Assembly: GCA_963702435.1 (NCBI GenBank)
Contig: CAVPCR010000005.1
Coordinates: forward strand, 145,721 to 209,720
DNA: 64,000 bases
Source of the DNA: Candidatus Eiseniibacteriota bacterium
GTDB lineage: Bacteria > Eisenbacteria > RBG-16-71-46 > CAVPCR01
Direction of reading: 5' to 3'
In this document: positions 10,514-19,381 of the stretch, piece by piece
How the letters are laid out: each line of letters begins with the position of its first letter
Position numbering within the stretch: the first letter of the stretch is position 1
Translations under genes and position numbers: made by a program
Notes under the pieces: generated by a model
Seen by the model: only the letters and a program-made list of their open reading frames with translations
What the model was told of the DNA's origin: nothing
Database searches by the model: none

Positions 10514-13500
10514 TCACTCGAGCACGACGAGCTTCCGCGCCGCCGCGTAGCCCGGCGCGCGGAGTTCGTAGAGATACACCCCGCGTCCGACCGCGCGCCC
10601 GGCGTCGTTCCGCCCGTCCCACACCACCGCGCGCCCGCCGGCGATCGCCTCCTGCTCCTCGTCCACCAGTGTCCGCACCACGCGCCCACTCACGTCGCAG
10701 ATGCGGAGCGTGACCCGCCCGCGCGTCGCGATCGAGTAGCGGATCTCGGTCCCCCGCCGCGCCGCCGGGTTCGGCGCCGCCGGGGCGAGCGCGTTCACGA
10801 ACCGCGGGGTTCCCGCCGGCGCAACCCCCACCGGCGCCGCGTTCACCGGCTGTCCCGCCCACTGGAAGAGATCGATCACCAGCTCCGCGTTCGCGCCGCT
10901 CACGACGTAGTCGTCGAACAGGCACTGCTCGATGCAGTTCAGGGGCAGGAGCTCGGCGTAGGCGAAGCTCATCGTCACCGACTTCTCGCACGAGTGATTC
11001 GGGTTCGTCCGCCGCACGACCGCCTGCCAGGCGGGGCGTGGCACGTCGTCCGCGCAGTTCACGGGGTCGTCGCCGTCCTCGAGCGACTCGACGAAGTAGG
11101 CCACCGCCTCGCCGCCGCCCGTCGACGCGAGTACGCTGATCGGGATGTCGTCGGGACAGCCCGAGCCGAACGCCTCGCCCTCGAAGTCGGGCACGAGCGC
11201 GGTCCCGGCGAGCCGCGCGCAGCGCCGGAGGTCGTTCGCAGCGAGTTGCTGAGCGTAGTCGCGCGCGAGCACGCCGATGCCGCGATTGCCGAGGAACTGC
11301 GGGCCGTTCACCGTGTTGGACTGGATGTCCGCGGCCCACCCCGTGCCCTCGAGGAGGAGGAGACGCGGGCTCCCCTCGCTGCACCCCGCAAGCCACGTCT
11401 CGAGCTTCTGCTGGTCCATGGACGCCTGGCCGCCGAAGCTCGGGAGCGTGTTCCGGTCGCTCAGTGTCCCGAACTGGCTCAAGCCCGACGCGTACCAGAT
11501 GCAGTCGTACCCGGCGAGCATGAGATCGGTGGCCCCGTTGTACGGCGGCCGCGGCTGCTGTGATGGCCGGTCCTCGCGGCGTCCGATCGTGTCGTAGCAC
11601 TGGTTGTAGTTGGTGCTGACCGCATCGTAGACGTCAAACTCGAGTCCGAGCGAGGCGAGCGTCGCGGTGAGGCGGGAGCGCTGCGTCGTCGCTCGGCCCG
11701 GCACGCCGCCGGTCGCGTAGTCGTTGACGATCAGCATGCTGTTGGCGTAGGTGCCGTCGCAGGCCGGCGCCAGCTCGGGCAGGTTGTTGATCTGGAGCCA
11801 GTAGTCCTTGTGGTTGGCCGTCGTCCGCACGATGCCGCGGTTCCTCGCGAGGGGGAACGTGGCGACGACGCTGCCGGCGCCGGCCCCCGCGGCGACCCGC
11901 GCCTCGAAGAAGTAGTAGACGTTCGTCCCCGCGGTGAAGAGGCCGTCCGGCAGGATGTCGTCGCACGGCTCGACCGCCGGCGGCGCGCCCGTCCAGAACG
12001 TCCCGTTCCGCGGATCGTCCTCGTGGAAGCAGGTCATCCAGTACCCGTTCACGGTCTGCGAGTTGCTCATCGCTTGCGCCGTGTCCATCCGCGCCGCGTG
12101 CCAGTTGAGGTCGTTCGGAAAGGTGCCGGGAGCGGTGGGCGGGAAGGCCACGAAGAACGGATGGGTCAGGTTCGGCTGGCATGCGCCGCGCTCGACCGCC
12201 CACTTGAGGTACACCGCGGTGTTCGGAGCGGCAATGGCAGTGGCCGCCGAGTCGGCACGCACCCAGCGCATCGGGATCTCGATGCCGAGCGACATGGAGA
12301 GGCTGAAGGCGGCGTCGGTGCGGGTGGTCGCGGCGAGCGGGAAGCCCGTGTTCGAGGTCGGGAAGTTGTCGGCAAAGCGATCGAGGGTGTTCGACCGCAG
12401 GGCGGGGCCGCTCGGGTCGTACACGCCGAAGCGCACGTTGTCGATGAAGGGGCCGGTGGCGTCGCTCGTGAGGCACGATGCGCCGTCACACTCGGCGACC
12501 ATGCCCAGGGTGAGGATCACCGAGTCGGCGCTGGCCGGGATGAACGCCGACCAGTCGAAGGTCATGTTCCACATGCAGTGGATACCCGCCCCGAGTCCGA
12601 TGATGTGACAAGCGCCGTCACCGCCCTGCTGCGACCAGTTGAAGACCGAGCCCCCGCCGGGCGATCCGGCCGGCGGCGCGTACGGGCAGTGATTCTCGTC
12701 GAAGGGCCAGTAGAGGAAGCAGAAGTAGAGAGCCGTATCGAAGAGCCCGCTCCCGCCGTCCGCGTACGCATCGGCCTCGAGGATCCGCCCCGCGTCGCCA
12801 TCGAGGTCGGGATGGGCGCTGCCGCCGATCGCGAAGGCCGGGGAGAAAGCCGCTGTCGTCGCCTCGTGGGCCGCGCACTCGTCCTGGTCCACGAAGAGGA
12901 GAATCCGATCCTCGATGGCGCAGTTCTCGGGGCAAGCGACCAGTGGCGGGCCAGGCGGGCAGGCGATGGCGGAGAGCGGCGCGATGCGCCCCGCGGGCCG
13001 CTGCGGATCCCCGGTCAGGACGACATCCTTCCCCTCGCAGCGCCGCGGCTCCCAGCCGTCCATGCCCGCTTCGAAGGTGGCCAGATCGATCGGCGCCCCG
13101 TTCATGCGGAGCGCCAGGTCGTCCACCTGCCAGGCGTAGAGATACGTGCCGCCCGCGCTCTCATCGGAGAGCAGGGCATCGGTGGCGAGCCGGAGGCGGA
13201 CCCAGAGATCCCCCTCGCCGCCGGGCCAGCGACCGAGGCTCGCCGAGGCCGGTCCGCCGAACGGCCCCGGTTCGGGCGCGGCGCGCGTCCCGCCGGTCCA
13301 GATCCCGTTCCCGTTGGCCGCCGTCCCGACCTGCTCCCACCACACGCCGTCCGCCGAGATCTCGACCCAGCACGTGTCGAAGTTCTGCTCGACCGCGTAG
13401 CGATGGAAGAAGGCGAGATCGAGCGTGGCATCGGAAGGCGGCGGCGGGAACTCCCCGGGCCCGGGCGCGTTCCGGAAGCGGAACTGCTTCGCGATCGCCT

Positions 13501-14065
13501 GCGACCAGTAGTCACCATACCCCGCCGTCCCCGGCCACGCGCAATGCTCCGGATTCAAGTGGAGGTTCGTCCCGATCCACACCGACCAGCCGCCGGCGAG
13601 CGGATCCGGGCCGTCGTCCACGCCGTTGTTGGCGTGGGTCGTCGCCCGGTGCGCGAAGGCGCCGCCATCGAAGTCGAAATCGTACGTGCCGTCGGTCCGC
13701 CAGTGCCCCGGGCCGAGGGCGGAGGGCCCATCGCCGGCCGTCGTCAGGTCATCGAAGGTCCAGCCGTCGCGGTACTGGTTCCCGACCGGATCCCCATCGA
13801 GGAAGTACTCCGGGGTCTCGCCGGAATCGGCCTCCCAGTTCCAGAGGCCGCCGCGGGCGACCGTGCCGTTCCCGAGCCCGCTCCCGCCGAACCACACCGT
13901 GTCGGCGTGGGCGTCGAGCCAGCCTGGGTCGCGCGCAAGCACCGCCTCGCGATCGATGCCGGCGTCATACGGTTCGAGCACGGGGCGCGCCGCGCCGGCC
14001 GGCGCGGTGGAGACGAGAAGCGAAAGGACGGCCAGAAGGCCGGCGCAGCGGATTCCCGCGGTCAT
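10514..14065 (-). CDS. giant secreted protein with T9SS C-terminal sorting domain, paralog 2
   Basis: About 70% identical to paralog 1 along its length. Signal peptide MTAGIRCAGLLAVLSLLVSTAPAGAA. GGTGGAGGG RBS before ATG 14065. Only an 8-nt gap to paralog 1. Confidence 0.65.
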   Translation of the reverse strand: MTAGIRCAGLLAVLSLLVSTAPAGAARPVLEPYDAGIDREAVLARDPGWLDAHADTVWFGGSGLGNGTVARGGLWNWEADSGETPEYFLDGDPVGNQYRDGWTFDDLTTAGDGPSALGPGHWRTDGTYDFDFDGGAFAHRATTHANNGVDDGPDPLAGGWSVWIGTNLHLNPEHCAWPGTAGYGDYWSQAIAKQFRFRNAPGPGEFPPPPSDATLDLAFFHRYAVEQNFDTCWVEISADGVWWEQVGTAANGNGIWTGGTRAAPEPGPFGGPASASLGRWPGGEGDLWVRLRLATDALLSDESAGGTYLYAWQVDDLALRMNGAPIDLATFEAGMDGWEPRRCEGKDVVLTGDPQRPAGRIAPLSAIACPPGPPLVACPENCAIEDRILLFVDQDECAAHEATTAAFSPAFAIGGSAHPDLDGDAGRILEADAYADGGSGLFDTALYFCFLYWPFDENHCPYAPPAGSPGGGSVFNWSQQGGDGACHIIGLGAGIHCMWNMTFDWSAFIPASADSVILTLGMVAECDGASCLTSDATGPFIDNVRFGVYDPSGPALRSNTLDRFADNFPTSNTGFPLAATTRTDAAFSLSMSLGIEIPMRWVRADSAATAIAAPNTAVYLKWAVERGACQPNLTHPFFVAFPPTAPGTFPNDLNWHAARMDTAQAMSNSQTVNGYWMTCFHEDDPRNGTFWTGAPPAVEPCDDILPDGLFTAGTNVYYFFEARVAAGAGAGSVVATFPLARNRGIVRTTANHKDYWLQINNLPELAPACDGTYANSMLIVNDYATGGVPGRATTQRSRLTATLASLGLEFDVYDAVSTNYNQCYDTIGRREDRPSQQPRPPYNGATDLMLAGYDCIWYASGLSQFGTLSDRNTLPSFGGQASMDQQKLETWLAGCSEGSPRLLLLEGTGWAADIQSNTVNGPQFLGNRGIGVLARDYAQQLAANDLRRCARLAGTALVPDFEGEAFGSGCPDDIPISVLASTGGGEAVAYFVESLEDGDDPVNCADDVPRPAWQAVVRRTNPNHSCEKSVTMSFAYAELLPLNCIEQCLFDDYVVSGANAELVIDLFQWAGQPVNAAPVGVAPAGTPRFVNALAPAAPNPAARRGTEIRYSIATRGRVTLRICDVSGRVVRTLVDEEQEAIAGGRAVVWDGRNDAGRAVGRGVYLYELRAPGYAAARKLVVLE

Positions 14066-14115
14066 GGCAACCCTCCACCTGTGGCCGGGACGGTCTCTTC
14101 CGTCGGCATAAATAC

Positions 14116-14132
14116 TGCAAGCATTGTGCCGA
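14116..14132 (-). promoter_or_regulatory. sigma-54 (-24/-12) promoter upstream of the giant paralogs
   Basis: The minus-strand sense reads cGGCACaatgcTTGCAg: a GG-N10-GC geometry matching TGGCAC-N5-TTGCW, about 50 nt upstream of ATG 14065. Confidence 0.55.
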
Positions 14133-14272
14133 GTCGGGGCTGTTTCTTCCAACGCTCGCATCGGCGATGACTTGCGTTTCCTGGTGACCGACGCAGCTTC
14201 CTGCGCCGGGCACGCTGTGTCATGGACATGACACTCCCCGGGGACCGGTATCTACAATGGCCATGTGAGATC

Positions 14273-17035
14273 TCATCGCACGATACCGTGGCGCCTCATC
14301 CTGGCGATGAGCGTCGTCCGCTTGAGGCCGAGCGCCGCCGCCGCCGCGCTCTGGTTCCAGTCGGCGTCCATCAGCGCCTGGATGATGCGGCGGCGCTCGA
14401 GCCGGCTCAGCTCCTCGTCGAGGGCGAGATGCTCTGCGGCATCCGTTCGCCTCCCGGCGCTGGCGGCGAGGTCGGCGGACAGGAGATCGAGACCCACCTC
14501 GCGATGGCCTCCGGCGAGGGCGACCACCCGCCGCACCTCGTTCTCGAGCTCGCGCACGTTCCCCGGCCACGGGTAGCTGAGACATGCCTCCCGCGCCGCG
14601 GGCGAGAAGCGGAGCTGGGGCTTGCCGGCCGCCGCGGCGTAGGCATGGAGGAAGTGATCGAGGAGAAGACCGATGTCCTCGATCCGCTCCCGGAGCGGCT
14701 TGAGCTCGATCACGACCGTTGCCAGCCGGTAGTAGAGATCCCGCCGGAAGCGGCCGGCGCGCACATCCTCCTTCAGGTCGCGGTTGGTCGCCGAGATGAC
14801 GCGGATGTCCGCCCGACTCATGGCGGACTCGCCGATCCGCCGGAAGTCGCCGGTCTCGAGGAAACGAAGGAAGCTCACCTGCACTGGGAGCGGCATCTCC
14901 CCTACTTCGTCGAGGAAGAACGTGCCGCCGTCGGCCGCCTTGAGGAGCCCCTTGCGCTCGCGATCGGCGCCCGTGAACGCCCCGCGCGTGTGGCCGAAGA
15001 GCTGGCTCTCGAGAAGCTCCTGCCCGAGACCGGTGGGGATGAGCGGCACGAAGGTGCCGCTTCGCCGCGGACCGGCGGCGTGGATGGCGCGCGCGACGCG
15101 CTCCTTCCCCACGCCGGTCTCGCCGAGGATGAGCACCGGCACATCGGAGCTGCCGAGGCGCTCGACCTGCTCGAGCACTTCCAGCATCGCCGGGCTCTGT
15201 GCGATGAAGGTCCCGCTCAGGAGAGTGGTCCGCTCCGCGTCCCGCCCCGGGCTCGATCCCGGCCGCCGGCCACCGGAGACGGACGCGGCGGCGACTCGGA
15301 GCCCGGCCGCACGTCCGGGCTCGTCGGCGCTCGCGCGCTCGGCCGCGCGGGCGAGCGCGTTCGCCTCCTCGTTCATGCGCTGCCGATCCGATGACAGCCC
15401 TTCCGCGGCGAGGACCGGGCGCGCGCGATCGAGCATGGCGCGGGCTCGATCGAGCATGCCGGCCCTGATCTGCAGGCGCGCCCGCACGAGCTGGCAGCGG
15501 GCCACCCCGAGGGCGAGCCCGAGCTCGGCGAAGATGCGCTCGGCCTCGGCCAGCACCACGAGCACGTCCTCGATGGGCATCGCCGCCGACCGCACCTCGA
15601 GCTCGGCCAGGCGGAGGAGCGAGTGGGGAAGCTCCGATTGCCGGCCGGCGGCCCGGAGAAGGTCGACCGAACGATGGATCTCGGTGGCGGCGCGGTCGAG
15701 ATCTTCACGCTCGATCGCAAGATCCGCGAGCACGCGATGCGTGAGCCCCTCCTCGACGCGATCGCCAGCGGTGCGGGCGGCGCTGAGCGCCAGCGCGGCG
15801 TCCGCGGCGGCGGGATCGAGCCGGGCCAGGGCGAGGTGGGCCTCCGCCCGCCGGCGAAAGGCGCCGGCCGCATTCCGCGGGTTGTCGCGATCGAGCCAGC
15901 CCACGAGCGCGTCGAAATGGCGAAGAGCTGCTTCGTGCTCCCCGCGCGCCATCGCCAGCTCCCCGGCGACCGCCTCCAGCCACCCCCGGATCCGATCGTT
16001 CACCTCGCCCGCGGCCCGTTCCGCCTCGGCGCAGATCCCGGCGGCCTCCCGGAAGCGGCGCCGGAATACGCAGAGCCTCGCGAGCGAGATCAGCGGGTCC
16101 ACCGTGGCGCGCCGGCTGCCGCTCGCCTCGTGCACGCGGATGCTCTCCCGGAGATTGGCTTCCGCCTCGTCCCATTTCCCCATCGCCATGTTGACGATGC
16201 CCAGATTCAGGAGCACCGCCCCCGCCCGGGCTCCGCTCTCGCCGGCGCCGATGGCTGCGGCGCGCCGCAGGTAGTTGTGCGCCGACTCGACATGCCCGGA
16301 GAGAAGCGACACGATCCCGAGGTTCGAGAGGAGTTCGAGCATCCGCGGGCGGCGGTCCCGCGCGTGCTGGAACGAGTAGGCGTCGAAGAGCAGATCGAGA
16401 GCTTCATCGGGACGCCCGGCCACCGAGGAAGCGATGCCCAGGCACTGCCGGGCGTCGGCCGCCGCGCCGGGCCAGTTCTCGGCGAGCGCCAGGTCGAGCG
16501 CCCGGCGCGCCGGCTCGAGGGCGGCCGGCTCCCGATCGTCCTGGATCGCGAGCCATGCGGTCGCGAGCAGGCGGCAGACCGCAGCTGGAAGCGGGGGTGT
16601 GGGACCGAGGATCTCATCGGCCGCGCGCACGTGGTCCCGCGCCTCGTCGGAGGAGTTCGCGCGCGCCAGCAGGGAAGCCAGCCGGTAGCGAACGATCGCC
16701 ACCTCGACCGGAGGAGCTGCGCCCGCGTGGGCGGTGAGCCACTCCCGGTATGCCTCGATGGCCGCGTTCCCCCGGCCCTGATCGCGAAGGTCGTCGGCGA
16801 GCCGGCGGGATGCAGCGGCCAGGAGGAGGTGGTCTCCCTCCCTCCTGGCGCGGGCGGCGAGCAGGACGAGCCGGTCGCGGTCGGGAGGCGCCTCGACGAG
16901 ATGCAGATCGAGGTCGGGATCGGCCGCACGGGCCCGGGGTGACACCGGAGGGGGCGCTGGGGCCATAGCGTCAATCTTTCGACGTGGCGTCATGGACTTG
17001 ACACCTACTCGATTCTCCCAGGACAGCGGGTCCAT
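14273..17035 (-). CDS. sigma-54-dependent transcriptional activator (bEBP) with N-terminal TPR repeats, AAA+ domain and C-terminal Fis-type HTH
   Basis: GETGVGKE Walker A, GAFTGA sigma-54 contact motif, and RRDLYYRL. C-terminal AAAALGLKRTTLIARMRRHGI helix-turn-helix. GGGAGGG RBS before ATG 17035. Alternative starts at 16993 and 16966. Confidence 0.85.
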   Translation of the reverse strand: MDPLSWENRVGVKSMTPRRKIDAMAPAPPPVSPRARAADPDLDLHLVEAPPDRDRLVLLAARARREGDHLLLAAASRRLADDLRDQGRGNAAIEAYREWLTAHAGAAPPVEVAIVRYRLASLLARANSSDEARDHVRAADEILGPTPPLPAAVCRLLATAWLAIQDDREPAALEPARRALDLALAENWPGAAADARQCLGIASSVAGRPDEALDLLFDAYSFQHARDRRPRMLELLSNLGIVSLLSGHVESAHNYLRRAAAIGAGESGARAGAVLLNLGIVNMAMGKWDEAEANLRESIRVHEASGSRRATVDPLISLARLCVFRRRFREAAGICAEAERAAGEVNDRIRGWLEAVAGELAMARGEHEAALRHFDALVGWLDRDNPRNAAGAFRRRAEAHLALARLDPAAADAALALSAARTAGDRVEEGLTHRVLADLAIEREDLDRAATEIHRSVDLLRAAGRQSELPHSLLRLAELEVRSAAMPIEDVLVVLAEAERIFAELGLALGVARCQLVRARLQIRAGMLDRARAMLDRARPVLAAEGLSSDRQRMNEEANALARAAERASADEPGRAAGLRVAAASVSGGRRPGSSPGRDAERTTLLSGTFIAQSPAMLEVLEQVERLGSSDVPVLILGETGVGKERVARAIHAAGPRRSGTFVPLIPTGLGQELLESQLFGHTRGAFTGADRERKGLLKAADGGTFFLDEVGEMPLPVQVSFLRFLETGDFRRIGESAMSRADIRVISATNRDLKEDVRAGRFRRDLYYRLATVVIELKPLRERIEDIGLLLDHFLHAYAAAAGKPQLRFSPAAREACLSYPWPGNVRELENEVRRVVALAGGHREVGLDLLSADLAASAGRRTDAAEHLALDEELSRLERRRIIQALMDADWNQSAAAAALGLKRTTLIARMRRHGIVR

Positions 17036-17128
17036 GACAAGGCCCTCCCTGCGCTGGGCAGGGAGGGCCTTGCACTGACCTGAGGTTCGGGCCGCGGTCG
17101 GGCCGCTGTCGGCCTCCTGCGGCTCGGA

Positions 17129-19210
17129 CTACCGGATCCGCGTGACCTTGCCGGTGGCTTCGAACCCCGTGCTGGACAGGCGATACAGGTAGATGCCCGC
17201 GGGCAGATCGTTCCCGCGCGCATCCCGGCCGTCCCAGCTCACCATCCCCGGGCCGGCGCCGATACGACCGTCGATGAGCGTCCGCACCAGTCGCCCGTCG
17301 GTCCCGTAGACCCGGAGCGTCGCCGGTCCATCCTGCGGGACGACGAAGCTGATCGTCGTCGCGCTCATGAATGGATTCGGCCGCACCGAGACCTGCGTCA
17401 GGCCCGGAGCCGTTCCCGGATCCTCGATGCTCGTCGGGCCGTCGGGAGGCGTGGTCGTGAACCGCAGCGCGCGCCCGGCCGCGAGCCCATGCGCCGCCGC
17501 GTTCAGATGACCACTCGCCAGGTACTGGATGCCGACCGTCTCGGTCTGGTTCTCGATGCCGACCGTGCACCCGGAGGCATCGCTCACCACCGCGTACTGG
17601 ATGTCGATCTGCCCGTCTCCGGTCTCGGTCGGATGCATCGCCGGATTGTAGAGAATGAACTGGAGGGTCTCCGGCACGCCGAGCCCGGCGTCGTGGTAGT
17701 GCTCCACTCCGCTGAACTCGACGATGTAGCGACCGCCCGCGGCATCGTCCCACGCGTAGACCTTCCCGCTGCCGGCGGCTGCCGGGTTCAGGTCGGTCCA
17801 GAAACCGGCGATCATCTTCGGCGGTCCCTCGGGGCCGGGGATCGAGCCGTTCGAGACCGCGTACTCGGTGGTCGCCCCGAGGGCCAGGAACCCGTTCGAG
17901 GAGATCGAGATCCGATTGTCCACGTTGCCGTACAGCTTGAAGCTGAACGACATGGTCCGCTGTACGGTCTGATCATCACCCAGCGAGACCAGGGTTCCCG
18001 GTCCGCCCCGCGTGGGATCGATCTCCACCCAGTTGTAGGTCGGCCGCGGAACATTGCCCGGCCCGTCCACGTCCTCGTACGCGTAGTAGCCGTAGCTGTC
18101 CGCTCCGATCGGGTCGGTGGGCGAGCCGACGCCAAGAGTCAACGTCGTCTGCTTCGTGTAGCCCCCAGCCGCCGCCAGGTCGAAACTGAAGGGGATCTCG
18201 TATCCGTACGGCACTGCGAGGACCACGCTCAGCGCGAAGGGATCGGCGCTGTTGTCGCCGGTCGCCAGGTACGCGATGTCGGGCCAGGTCCCCGCACCGT
18301 CGGTGACCGTCGCATTGGCATCGCTCGTCGACAGCGCCCCGGCGATCGTGGTTGCACCGACCGGATTCAGGTTCATGAGCGTGAGCGCGATCTCGGCGTC
18401 CTCGCCCGGATCGAGCCGGCCGTTCCCGTTGCCGCCCGCGGTGTCGTCGATCACGACACTCGAAACGACGAGCTCGGGCTGATCGAGGTGGAAGAAGATC
18501 TTCGCCGCCTGGTGCACTTCCTTGGTGGCGTCGTCCTGCACGAAGACCACGCACTCGAGGTTCCTCTCGACCCAGGCCGGGCCGAGCGCGAAGGTCTGCG
18601 TCCGCGTGACCGGCACGCTGGGGGCGAACGTGATGACCTCACCGGTTGGCGCGGGGAGGAAGTCACGCATGCCGTGGTTCAGCGTCTGCGGGAGCCGGTA
18701 GGTCGAACCGGCCGGCGGGGCCACACCGCTCTCGGTGATCGCGAAGCGCAAAGCCCCCGTCACGGGGGCGCCGCTCGTGTTCGTGATCTCGGCCGTGATG
18801 GTGCCGGCGACGCGATCCCCGCTCAGGTTGATGCGGAGCGGGCTCGGCATCGCCGCTCGATCGAGGACCATCTGCTCCCAGGCCCCGCCGGAAGTGCCGT
18901 CGACAATGCCGTCGAAGTAGGTGTGTGGCGTGTAGCTGACGCTGTAATAGGTGATGCGAGCCCGGTTCTCGTCGATGTTGGCCTGATAGAACGGATCCCC
19001 GATGCCGGGCCACCAGGCGTGAACGGCGATGGTGGCGACCATCTCGGGATGATTCGCAACGATCTGGTCCAGCACACGGCTGGCTGCTGGGCAGCCTGGT
19101 CAGGATGTGTTCGTGAACTCCTCGATGAGAACCATCCTGGGCTCGGCCGTGGCCAGGCTCGAAAGCCCGATCACCGCCACGAGCGCTCCGGCGAGTGCAA
19201 GCGTCCTCAT
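17129..19210 (-). CDS. T9SS-sorted thioredoxin-like protein with an in-frame TGA (candidate Sec codon at 19100-19102) in a UxxC active-site motif
   Basis: ATG 19210 with a GGAGGT RBS. Signal peptide MRTLALAGALVAVIGLSSLATA. Then VLIEEFTNTS-[TGA]-PGCP aligns with the EEFTxTWCGxCP thioredoxin-like motif. The frame continues into the 17129..19075 ORF. The C-terminus (PNPF..TTISF...LRVYGTDGRLVRTL..WDGRD..G..LPAGIYLYRL) is a classic T9SS CTD. Confidence 0.6.
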
Positions 19211-19381
19211 TGGCTGACCTCCTGGCTGGATGTGGACAAGGGCCGTCGGACTTCCCCGGCCGGAACCATTCTACACCTGAAAGTCATCTAAACATGAGGA
19301 AATGAGCCGGAGGGGCTGCGATGGGCCCTGGGGGGCCCGGGGGCCTCGCGACAGGGCGGCGGCCTACGGCCTCCAGGGCGG

